A DNA stretch of 64,000 nt, taken from the NCBI GenBank assembly GCA_964016885.1, contig OZ024743.1, forward strand, positions 214,830,001 to 214,894,000, read 5' to 3'. Every line of letters begins with the position of its first letter. The first letter of the stretch is position 1. Source of the DNA: Eledone cirrhosa (taxonomy: Eukaryota). Below are positions 17,601-29,010 of the stretch, piece by piece. Both the position numbers and the translations under genes were made by a program. Below the pieces are notes generated by a model. That model ran no database searches. It saw only the letters and a program-made list of their open reading frames with translations, and was not told the DNA's origin.

Positions 17601-18743
17601 AATGGCATGCGAATGTCGATCAATCTTTCACCTCATGCAGTCTGACTCTGTACACCGATATATCAATTTTCGTAAACTTAAATCAGCGAGAAAATCAAAG
17701 TTAGTATAATATTTATGCACATGTGATTTTTATGTCCCTGTATATTTCCAGGGTTCACGTAGACATAATTATTCATGTTTTCTTGCAGTGACTAGTAATA
17801 GCAAGTCTTCGGTTTTCTTGAATTTCGTCGATATATTTATTACAGGGATATACCAAATAAATATCGTAAGCAGTAGTATATGTGTCTCCCCTTACTTTGT
17901 ATTTACTCAATACCTATAGGCTGCATTTTGTACTATGAATCTGAGCAGAAAGCATGTAAATCAGAATAGCAGTGCTATTTGTAATTCATCATACTTTGAT
18001 CAAACGTCCCCATATCAGACATTCTCGTCCTACCTTTTCTCTTTCTCTCACATGAAAATTAATAACTTAGGTATGTCTTTTCTGTTCGAGATTCAAATAA
18101 TGGCAGATTATCTTGATCTGCCTTCCTTTAGTTAGTATAAGAGATTAACATATAATGTTGGCAAAGCTCTCTAAACAGAGAAAACTTTAAATATAATTGA
18201 GTTTATAGTTTAGGAAAGGCTGAAATATATTCTTGTAGTTATTATATTCTTGTAGATATATGCAAGTGCCATACCTAGTGATATGTCATCAATATAAGTG
18301 AAATAAAGTAAAACATTCAATAAGGTTTTTGTCTAGAGGCTAGGTATGTGCATTTCTAAAAACATATTTAATCTGACACGCCGCCAGGGGTTTCATGAAC
18401 GGTTTATTACACTCCTGGGTCATTATATTTGTAAACGTTGAGTCCTCTGGATATTAATGGTTGACAGACATGTCAAAGGATTACTCTAGAGTTATGTGAA
18501 TTCTTATACCATTATTATAATAATCTGTTATCTTCCCAGGTATTACAATACATCTGGAAATACTTTTATATATCAGTTAATCACCATTCACAAATTTTGC
18601 AAATTAAATTATACTCTTCCCAAAACGCACGCACATGCACACACGCACACACACACACACACATATATATATACACACCCACACACACACACATACGCAC
18701 ACACACGCATACACCCCCCCATATATATATATATATATATATA

Positions 18744-18918
18744 TAGGAACCAGTAAGACCCCGACAGCTGAGCTCAAGCCGTTTCGACGGCTAATTCTCA
18801 GAACGGCTTGAGCTCAGCTGTCGGGGTCTTACTGGTTCCTATTACCCACTCTACTACTTCAAGTATTGAGTACTTTGGTGCGTTATGGTCCACCTGGTTC
18901 CTTACCACATTTCCTTCG

Positions 18919-18921
<3 letters not shown>
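18744..18921. mobile_element. Miniature fold-back of a probable PLE pLTR 3' end in a TA tract
   Basis: ~40-bp inverted arms plus an ~80-bp tail; inverted homologue at 24981-25162. Confidence 0.7.
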
Positions 18922-18990
<69 letters not shown>

Positions 18991-19344
18991 TCAAACTTGT
19001 TTTTAGCGCTGCTTTCTAAAATAACTTATTCGATTCCATATAGTTTTTAATTTTTAAATTATTATTCCTGTTGTGGTATACCTAAGCATAACATACATAT
19101 ATATTTAATAGAAAACAATAATAAGAGGGTGGGCTAAACCTTTCCTACGTTGACTTTTAAAGAATAATGCTAGCATTAAGAAATATTGCATTAATCAGTT
19201 TCAAACCTCCTTATTAATAACAGCATTATTTCTTTCCTGGTACAATGTTGGAAAATAAATCTCATTTGGCTATTCCATGAGAGTATATTGGTCAGCATAT
19301 GAGCACTACAGACGACTCTATTAAATTTCTCAGAGGAAATCATT

Positions 19345-19528
19345 GGATTGGCAGTATTGGTAGAGGGTCGGACGCCATGCTTTCCAGCATAGTTACGTCC
19401 CTTTACGATCTGAGTTCAAATACCGCCGAGGTTGACTTTGCCTTTCATCCTTACGGGGTCGATAAAATAAAGTACCAGTAATGCACTGGCTAATTGCTGG
19501 CCTTGTGCCTAAAGTAGAAACAATTATA
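19345..19528 (+). mobile_element. tRNA-derived SINE (family A)
   Basis: TGGCAGTATTGGTAG, GAGTTCAAATACC, TTGCCTTTCATCC..GGGGTCGATAAAATAAAGTACCAG. Confidence 0.8.
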
Positions 19529-20245
19529 TTTAAATAGGAATTGAAACCATTTCGCTGACTCCGTTTGTTATCAATTATTTTCTACGAATTTGCTGAATTA
19601 AAAAACCTCTGATCCTATCGGTACACAGGTTTACAACAGCGAGATACATCCGAATTATGGTATTGATTTAAATGATAGTAATTATGGAAGTATTTTATAT
19701 GATGCGGTTTTGATAATATTGCTTCTGTCATTGCTGTTGTCACTGCTACTGTCACGCGTAAACTTGATGGTGATGATGTTGGTAATGATAATTATGATGA
19801 TGACGGCGAAAACATTGACCATGTTGCTTACGATATTTATAATCGACATAGTAATGAAGCTGATCATTCTGATGATAAGACTGATCATGCTGAAGAAAAT
19901 ATCGTGGATGAAAACGATTCTACATCATACTTTTCTTGTTACATATAATCATTTTATATTTCAATGACTTATATCAGAGATAACGGGATTTAAATGCTGA
20001 CGTTGTTATATAAAGCAAGAAATGCATTTAGATGTTTATCGAAACCATCTAGTTGAGCACATATTTTGTAAAGTCAATACCAAAATTAGATATTTTATTC
20101 TCGGATAGAAAAAAGCCATAATGTTTTATTGGAAACATTATCTGTCTCCAAATTTATCGGAAGAAATGATTGCTAGTAACACATACAAAGACAGGAACAC
20201 ACACATACACACACAGCCATACACACATACACACATACACACACA

Positions 20246-20306
<61 letters not shown>

Positions 20307-20347
20307 CATACATACACACAGATACACACACACACACACTCACACAA

Positions 20348-20390
<43 letters not shown>

Positions 20391-20697
20391 CGTGTATGTG
20401 TGTGTCTTCGTGTGTGTGTGTGTGGGTGTGTGTGTGTATGTGTGTGTGTGTGTGTGTGTGTGAGTGTGTATGTGTCTTTTCGAATGTTTAAATCTTTCAT
20501 AATGGGAATGAATCTTGAACAGTTTATATTATGTTTGGTGCAGCGACAAGAAGTCTAATTAAAAACAGCAGAATTTAGTCATAACTTACATAATATTCAT
20601 TTATATCTTAATAGCTAATCATAAAGATGAGCCAGTTTTCATAAACACCATTGTCTTTCGTGTTTAAGATAGAACTGCATAATGGTAATATATATAT

Positions 20698-20786
<89 letters not shown>

Positions 20787-20812
20787 ATATATATATATAT
20801 ATTATATATATA

Positions 20813-20952
<140 letters not shown>

Positions 20953-21033
20953 GTGTGTTTAATGGTAGCTATGGTGCTTCCATAGGCCGTATGCCATTTG
21001 AACACTCAATGTTCTTACAGAGCAGAATGTAAG

Positions 21034-21291
21034 TAATATAAACAAATGAAAAATCAGTGATGCATCTAGACTCCGTTTATTGCGTGTTTCAATTGTTTCG
21101 CCGGCAGGTAGATCGAGGCATGAGCATTGTATGGATCTGCCTGATTCTACAGCTGCAGATTCTTCGGACACATGCAATGCTTTTGTAGCAAATTTTCTCA
21201 CTCATCCCCCGAGCTATCTGCCGGCGAAACAATTCTAACACCTAATAAACTGAGTTTAGATGCATCACTGATTTTTCTTTTGTTTATATTA
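21034..21291. repeat. Diverged inverted repeat (~90-bp arms)
   Basis: 21034-21124 vs 21201-21291; both arms contain GCCGGCGAAACAATT. Confidence 0.8.
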
Positions 21292-21300
21292 TATATATAT

Positions 21301-22201
21301 ATATAAATGAAAAGTATAGAAATTATTATGAGCAAGAAGCACACAGTATTTCATAATATATAAATGACTCTAGCGTCAAAATGGGAAAAGAGTTAACGTA
21401 AGATGTGGGAAAAATAATTCAAACTCAATTCAAAGAGAATCAGGATATAGATTCATCCAACAAAATTTTGGGAAATTCAGGGAAAAATCAATAACTCATG
21501 ATAAAATAATGTTTAAAATACTCATCCTTCAATTTGGAGAAACTACAAATGCTCTGTATAGTCTTGAAAAGACTATTACACGAAACTTTCAGTGGGGATG
21601 GTCACGGTTGGATTCGATCGTCAGCAGAGCTCAACAAGATAACCAAAATCTCACTGATTATAATATGCCAAAAAGGGAATTTAAAAGCAGGCTAGTTCGA
21701 CATCATGTGTAATTATGAAAATAAAACGCACATGTGGAGACAGTGCTGGTGACGTCAAAATGAGACGAATGTTTGTTTACATGAAATAACAGTCAAAAAC
21801 ATTCCGAAAATAACTCTACAATCAGGAGTTCAGGAAACAGCAATATTATCGCAGTTTTTTTAAATAAAAGACCGGGATTAGTCACAAATAATTTAAGTAC
21901 TCTAGGATAGAAATCTGGGTATAAATATAAATGAAAAGTATAGAAATTATTATGAGCAAGAAGCACACAGTATTTCATAATATATAAGTGACTATAGCGT
22001 CAAAATGGGAAAATAGTTAACGTAAGATGTGGGAAAAATAATTCAAACTCAATTCAAAAAGAATCAGGATATAGATTCATCCAACAGAATTTAGTGAAAT
22101 TCAGGGAAAAAATCAATAGAGCCTTAACTCATGATAAAATAAAGTTTAAAATACTCATCCTTCAATTTGGAGAAACTACAAATGCTCTGTATAGTCTTGA
22201 A
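21301..22201 (-). repeat. 624-bp unit x ~1.45 with a degenerate type I hammerhead (21551-21630, minus)
   Basis: ATATAAATGAAAAGTATAG at 21301 and 21925. Minus strand: GCUCUG-CUGACGA-U-CGAA..UUCG-U-GUAA-UAGUCUU-UUC-AAGACUA-UA-CAGAGC. Confidence 0.8.
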
Positions 22202-22231
22202 TATATATATATACACACGTGTGTGTGTGTA

Positions 22232-22420
22232 TGAGCTCCGAGTTTAATCGGGATTTACCACAGTTAGCACGGTACTCAATATATTAGTATAATATAACAT
22301 CGATCTTAACATAAAAATGACTTCTACAAGAAGACTAGAACTATTTCATTCAGAACAAGTAAACTAGAGGATTTCTCTTGAATTAAACAGGTTCAGTCCT
22401 GTAGAAGCCAAATATATCTC
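22232..22420. mobile_element. Degenerate miniature pLTR fold-back
   Basis: CTTCTACA..GAACTATTTCATTC vs GAATTAAACAG..TGTAGAAG; resembles 52944-53130 in reverse. Confidence 0.5.
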
Positions 22421-22427
22421 TCTCCCA

Positions 22428-22516
<89 letters not shown>

Positions 22517-22537
22517 ATATGTCTGCGTGTATGTATG

Positions 22538-22596
<59 letters not shown>

Positions 22597-23450
22597 GCAG
22601 ACATATACATATATATATATATATATATGACTTTAAATGCCGCCGAATTCTGCTTAGGCTTATATCATTTTTGACGGCAATTATTAAAGTCAAGATGCGA
22701 AACCTAAAATCATATATATATCATATCTGCTATGACTATGTGCATTCTGTGTTGAAGTTTACATAGCGCCTTCCCTACATGAAAGGCTATGAGGTTTTTG
22801 CAAGTAGTTGCATCCGTCATACAGTAACAATACTTGAAAAAACAATAGAATCTTTTATTCTTTTGTCTTATCTGATGTTCGTTCTATCTATCTGATATAT
22901 ACATACAAATATTTGAGCCTGCATGTGTGTTCTTTCGTGTATGTATATGTAGATGAAAGTTCGTTTGCGTGCGTGTGTGGATGTGTATTTGCTAAAATAT
23001 TATGAAGACTCCTAGTAGGTTCTTGGTAGCGATGCATCTGGTACACATTTAGATAGTCTGTTAGGATTTATCCATTTTTGTACAGCGACCTAATTCATAT
23101 AAATATATGTACGAATTCTTTTGTTAATCTGAAAGATATTCATGCATTACTTTTCCAGCTGCGAAACGAAAGCTGATAAATCGAAGCATAGATAAATGAC
23201 GATGGTTCTATGTGTTTAAATACATTTATTTATCGTTCTATCTTAAACGTGTTTCTACAAGTATTATATTCACACGTCAATTTTATGAAAGTTTTCATAT
23301 CAGATTTGTTTTTTTAACTAGCACCACTGATTTGCTGTGGCTGCTCCTCATATATATTGCATTTTTATTCCGTTGATGATGTTAGATATTGATATTCTTT
23401 CCCGAATAAATGAAACGTGAGATGGTTCATGGGAAATATACTAAATAAAT

Positions 23451-23545
<95 letters not shown>

Positions 23546-23548
<3 letters not shown>

Positions 23549-24967
23549 GTTTCGTTCTTTGTACCTTTTACCCTTTCTCGTTCTTTGTACCTTTTACCCT
23601 TTCTAGCAGTCTCTCTCTCTGTTAGCCTCCTCCTCAACTTTCACTCACTCATTCTCTGTCACTACCTCTCCACCTCCTCTTTCCTCCTCCTCCTTCAAGT
23701 TTGACCTGTGTGTAATTCTTTTCTCGCGCGGTCCTGGTCAAGCTGATATGGAATTATTTTCTCTCTCTCTCTTTCGTCTGCGACTTCACAAAACTTATGT
23801 TTACCGAATTCGTAGACCAGACCCCTTCTTCTTCTTCTTCTTCTTCTTCTTCTTCTTCTTCTTCTTCTTCTTCTTCTTCTTCTTCTTCTTCTTCTTCTTC
23901 TTCTTCTTCTCCCCCCCCCCCGTTAGACCTGGGCGAAATACTTTCCTTGCTCACATTTCAACCAGGTTTGATGGTCTTTTGTCTCTTGTTCACGATTTCA
24001 CCGAGTTTATATTCATAGAGATCTGGGACTTGTCTATTTCTTCTCACTTTCCGTTGCTTAAACCTTTTTGTTTGTTACCCTAACGTCCCCTTTATTTACG
24101 TGTCCCAACGACTTTTTTTAGCCGTTGTTCGCACCAACCTGAAACATATGGCCCTTAAAGCGATGAAATGCCTGGGACGGTTGGAGGGTCACTGATGAAG
24201 GACTTACTTTTTCATATGCACCACCATTTGCAACGCGCAGCCATCATTATTATCATATTTACACATAATTTTTCTTCTGCTGCCACTCGTCTGTTTCGTT
24301 CTTTGTACCTTTTACCCTTTCTAGCAGTCTCTCTCTCTGTTAGCCTCCTCCTCAACTTTCACTCACTCATTCTCTGTCACTACCTCTCCTCCTCCTCTTT
24401 CCTCCTCCTCCTTCAAGTTTGACCTGTGTGTAATTCTTTTCTCGCACGGTCTTGGTCAAGCTGGTATGGAATTTTTTTCTCTCTCTCTCTTTCGTCTGCG
24501 ACTTCACAAAACTTATGTTTACCGAATTCGTAGACCAGACCCCTTCTTCTTCTTCTTCTTCTTCTTCTTCTTCTTCTTCTTCTTCTTCTTCTTCTTCTTC
24601 TTCTTCTTCTTCTTCTTCTTCCCCCCCCCCCCGTTAGACCTGTGCGAAATTATTTCCTTGCTCACATTTCAACCGGGTTTGATGGTCTTTTGTCTCTTGT
24701 TCACGATTTCACCGAGTTTATATTCATAGAGATCTGGGACTTGTCTATTTCTTCTCACTTTCCGTTGCTTAAACCTTTTTGTTTGTTACCCTAACGTCCC
24801 CTTTATTTACGTGTCCCAACGACTTTTTTTAGCCGTTGTTCGCACCAACCTGAGGCATATGGCCCTTAAAGCGATGAAATGCCTGGGACGGTTGGAGGGT
24901 CACTGATGAAGGACTTACTTTTTCATATGCACCACCATTTGCAACGCGCAGCCATCATTATTATCAT
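23546..24967 (+). repeat. ~720-bp unit x ~2 containing (TTC)n and poly-C
   Basis: TCTGTTTCGTTCTTTGTACC at 23546 and 24290; units near-identical apart from TTC length; flanked by TA. Confidence 0.92.
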
Positions 24968-24980
24968 ATATATATATATA

Positions 24981-25160
24981 TAACGAAGGAAAAGTGGTAA
25001 GGAACCAGGTGGACCATAACGCACCAAAGTACTCAATACTTGAGGTAGTAGAGTGGGTAATAGGAACCAGTAAGACCCCGACAGCTGAGCTCAAGCCGTT
25101 TCGACGGCTAATTAGCCGTCGAAACGGCTTGAGCTCAGCTGTCGGGGTCTTACTGGTTCC

Positions 25161-25162
<2 letters not shown>
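24981..25162. mobile_element. Miniature pLTR fold-back with a perfect 102-bp palindrome (25061-25162)
   Basis: Palindrome centred on CTAATTAG; same family as 18744-18921. Confidence 0.8.
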
Positions 25163-25193
<31 letters not shown>

Positions 25194-25194
<1 letters not shown>

Positions 25195-26248
25195 AGTATA
25201 TATTACACAAAGAGAAATGTGTTACACAGTGAGATGTCTGCAAATAATTATTACAAGTGATTTTAGCGTTACTGTATAGGGAACAATATCAACAGGTTAG
25301 CAATTACATAGAAAAAAACCAAATCAGAATCAAATCTCTGGATTGGAATTTTAAATCACAAACCTTATAACTATATTTTGCTGAAACGAACCTAGCTTCG
25401 TTTCACCACTTATATGGGTAGTATCAGTCCACATGAGATTTGATTCTGATCTGGATTTTTTCTATGTAATTGCTAACCTGTAGATATTGTTCCCTATACA
25501 GTAACGGTAAAATCACTTGTAATAATTATTTGCACACATCTCACCGTGTAACACATTTCTCTTTGTGTAATATATACTTGCATTTGAGCTCGGAAGGAAA
25601 TTCTCTATTCTTCTTTGAGCTAATAATACTATTACTATTATTATTACAGTGAACTGCGGGAATACTCTTAATTCCGATTTTTGTATACTTAATGAGCTCC
25701 AAATTGTTGAGCTAATAATTCGCATGGTTGGGCTGCACTTTCTAGCATCTTCCCCAATCCATGAGAGCCGTGATTTGATTCGAATAACACGTGATTTCGC
25801 CCACTCGGGCCCGCGTTTCTATTTGCAATCTCTCTAGCCATGAGGTTAGATGTGCAATGTTCAGTTTTCGCATTTTGCTGACTGATGAACCATGTGGACT
25901 GACACTACACATATAGGTGGTGACACATATAGGTGGTGAAACGAAGCTAGGTTCGTATCAGCAAAATATAGTTATAACGTTGTGATTTAAAATTCCAATC
26001 CAGAGATTTGATTCTGATCTGTTTTTTTTCTATTTAATTGCTAACCTGTAGATATAGTTCCCTATACAGTAACGGTAAAATCACTTGTAATAATTCTTTG
26101 CACACATCTCACTGTGTAACACATTTATCTTTGTGGAAAATATACTTGCATTTGAGCTCGGAAGGAAATTCTCTATTCTTCTTTGAGCTAATAATACTAT
26201 TATTATTATTATTACAGTGAACTACGGAATACTCTTAATTCCGACTTT

Positions 26249-26253
<5 letters not shown>
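25194..26253. mobile_element. ~568-bp unit x ~1.45 preceded by an inverted partial copy; full type I hammerhead
   Basis: TTGCTAACCTG at 25470 and 26038; 25194-25435 is the reverse complement of part of the unit; flanked by TA. Confidence 0.85.
25872..25967 (+). ncRNA. Type I hammerhead with 10-bp stem I, 5-bp stem III and enlarged stem II loop
   Basis: AUUUUGCUGA-CUGAUGA-ACCA..UGGU-GAA-ACGAA-GCUAGG-UUCGU-A-UCAGCAAAAU. Confidence 0.85.
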
Positions 26254-26316
<63 letters not shown>

Positions 26317-26510
26317 AAAGAATAGAGGTGTAACACACAAGTTATTATATATTGGTAAACGGAATAGAAAATGCTGACAAATTGTTCACAGGTGAAAAAC
26401 GGTTTAATTAGGAATAAAAGAGTATTAGTGATTGTATGGGTTAGTATTCAGTTGTGGTTTTAAGTTTTTAAGTTTTTACCGTTTGCGCATTTCTAAATGC
26501 TTTTCAAAAA

Positions 26511-26584
26511 TAATTTTGAGATAGAGTGTCCGTGTTGTTTGCTCTGATCAGAGCAAACAACACGGACACTCTATCTCAAAATTA
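26511..26584. repeat. Perfect 74-bp palindrome ending a pLTR-like fragment (26312-26584)
   Basis: Centred on CTGATCAG; degenerate HHR-like GCAUUU-AG-AAAUGC..AAACGGUA on the minus strand just left of it. Confidence 0.85.
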
Positions 26585-26585
26585 A

Positions 26586-26715
<130 letters not shown>

Positions 26716-26782
26716 TATGTATATATATATATATATATATAATATATATATATGTATATATGTATATATATATATATATATG

Positions 26783-27124
26783 AAAAAGAACACAAGAGCG
26801 TCTACAACATCAAAAGATTTTTATTGGCTTACAATGTTTCTTCCTTACGTAACCGTAGGATTCGTCAGAGCTATAAAAGGGGTTTGATTGGTGTTATGGA
26901 CTCTACCAACCAAACATTCAAGAACAAAGAGTAAAGAGAGTAAAGAGCAAAAGTAGGGGACGATAAGTCTAATTTGTGTGCGGGAGGGTGGGGTGTGGGT
27001 CCTTGTTTACTAGCTGCGGTCATATTCATTCCCGGGAGTCGGGTGGTTAGCTGAACCATATATGGGGTGACGTCGATAGTATGGTGCAGAGGATGCGCAT
27101 AGGCTAAACAAACACAAAGGGCAT

Positions 27125-27157
<33 letters not shown>

Positions 27158-28975
27158 CGGAGGAGAATGTACATGAGGTAATAAGAAATGGAAAAATAGT
27201 AATAATAATAATCTATAATTAATAGTGTATAATAAGGCATGGGGAAGATTACACTATAATAAGGTATAAAAGTAAGAATAAGGTAAAATATAGAGGAGGA
27301 TAAAAGTGGAAATAATAAAGATCAAAAATATATAGAGAATAGATAAAGAAATATAAGCGAATATTTGGAGGGGAAAACACAATGTAAAAAAACCGATTTT
27401 TTCAAATAATAATAAAAATATAATAATTATGGGAGGAGAAAACGGGATAGAGAAATATGATCAAGTGTGATTAGTTGAGAGAATATAAGATGATAATAGT
27501 TATGTCAAGGTTATACTTCTTAATAATAAATAATCTGTGTATCAGAGTTGCAGAACCTTCAATTCACTTACAGGTTCAAGCCACGTGGCGTGGTCCATTG
27601 TTTATCTGTGCGGTCATTCGCGTTTGTTTTTGACACCACAGCAGATGCACAAGTTCGTAAATTACAATGCAGATAGAAATCTATTTTTGCTCCACCGGAC
27701 ATTGACGGAAGATCCAATATTCCTATTTCAATATGTGGGTGGTGTTATTCTGGTCGCACAAATCAATCACTTGGTTCAATATTATGAAGTATGGTTTTCT
27801 GGTCTTCGTAACAGTGTCAGTGGTTGTATATCTGGAAATCACAGGGATCACAGTACTCCGGTTTGGTGTGATTATCGGTCATCCAGCTATGTTTTTGGTG
27901 GTTGGATTCAATTCTATTCGCCCGAAAGTTGAACTTTGGTGTCGATAGGACATTAACGAGGCAGGGTGAGATCGCATCTGTGGTACAAAACGGTACGCAA
28001 GGAAATTCTTCGTCTTCGTTTCATCCGGGTCCAGCAGTCACGTGCAAGAACCGCTACGTAGTAATTGTGGGGTTAATCGGTCAAGTCAACAACTGACCGA
28101 AAATTCAGACAGGCATGACAGGCACATTTAGGTCGGCAGCTTCTTTATGTGTACGTGTGTCCGACACACACAGACACATATTTATATGTGTTTCAACTAA
28201 AAAAACTCAATTGATTTACCCACTGGTACTACAATCGGTCAAGACAGCAACTGGCAGACAATTCCCTTAGGAATTCAGACAGGCATGACAGGTATATTTA
28301 GGTCAGCAGCTTCTTTATGTGTACGTGTGTCCGATACACACAGACACATATTCATATGCATTTCAACTCAAAAAATTCAGTTGATTCCCCTATTGATATT
28401 ATATCTGTGTCGCTCGGATGTGCATGCTGTGGTGTTCTGGTCGTGCATAGCATTTACTGTGTTTTGCCATTACCTTGGAATGTGATGTTATGGTCATCAA
28501 TAGTCCGGCAAGCGCATTTCGTTCTTACATTGCGGAGAATGGTGTTCTGGTCCTCAGTAAACATTTGGGTCAGCAGGAGGGGTGGTGGTTCTCAGTTTCA
28601 ACTTCGACAATACATATGTGTTACTCTGCATATCATGCTCCTCTCAGAGAAGAGTATTATGGGAGGAATTCGTGCCACACACCACATATAGAGATAATTC
28701 CTACAGAAAAGTATACATACATATACACATACATACACACATCATACACTTACACATACACATACACACTCATACGCATACATACATATATTCACATACA
28801 TGTCACATATACACATACACACAATATAATACGCGTGCATAGAATATACATATATATATATATACATACAATATACATGCATACAATGCACGCACACATG
28901 CGTGCATGCATGCACACACGCACGCACACCCACACATATGTCTGCGTGTGTGTGCGTGTGAGAGAGAAAAGGAGA

Positions 28976-29010
<35 letters not shown>

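Noticed and set aside
19682-19967. Hydrophobic 68-85 aa ORFs
   Set aside because: Decayed (GAT/ATG)n-type low-complexity sequence.
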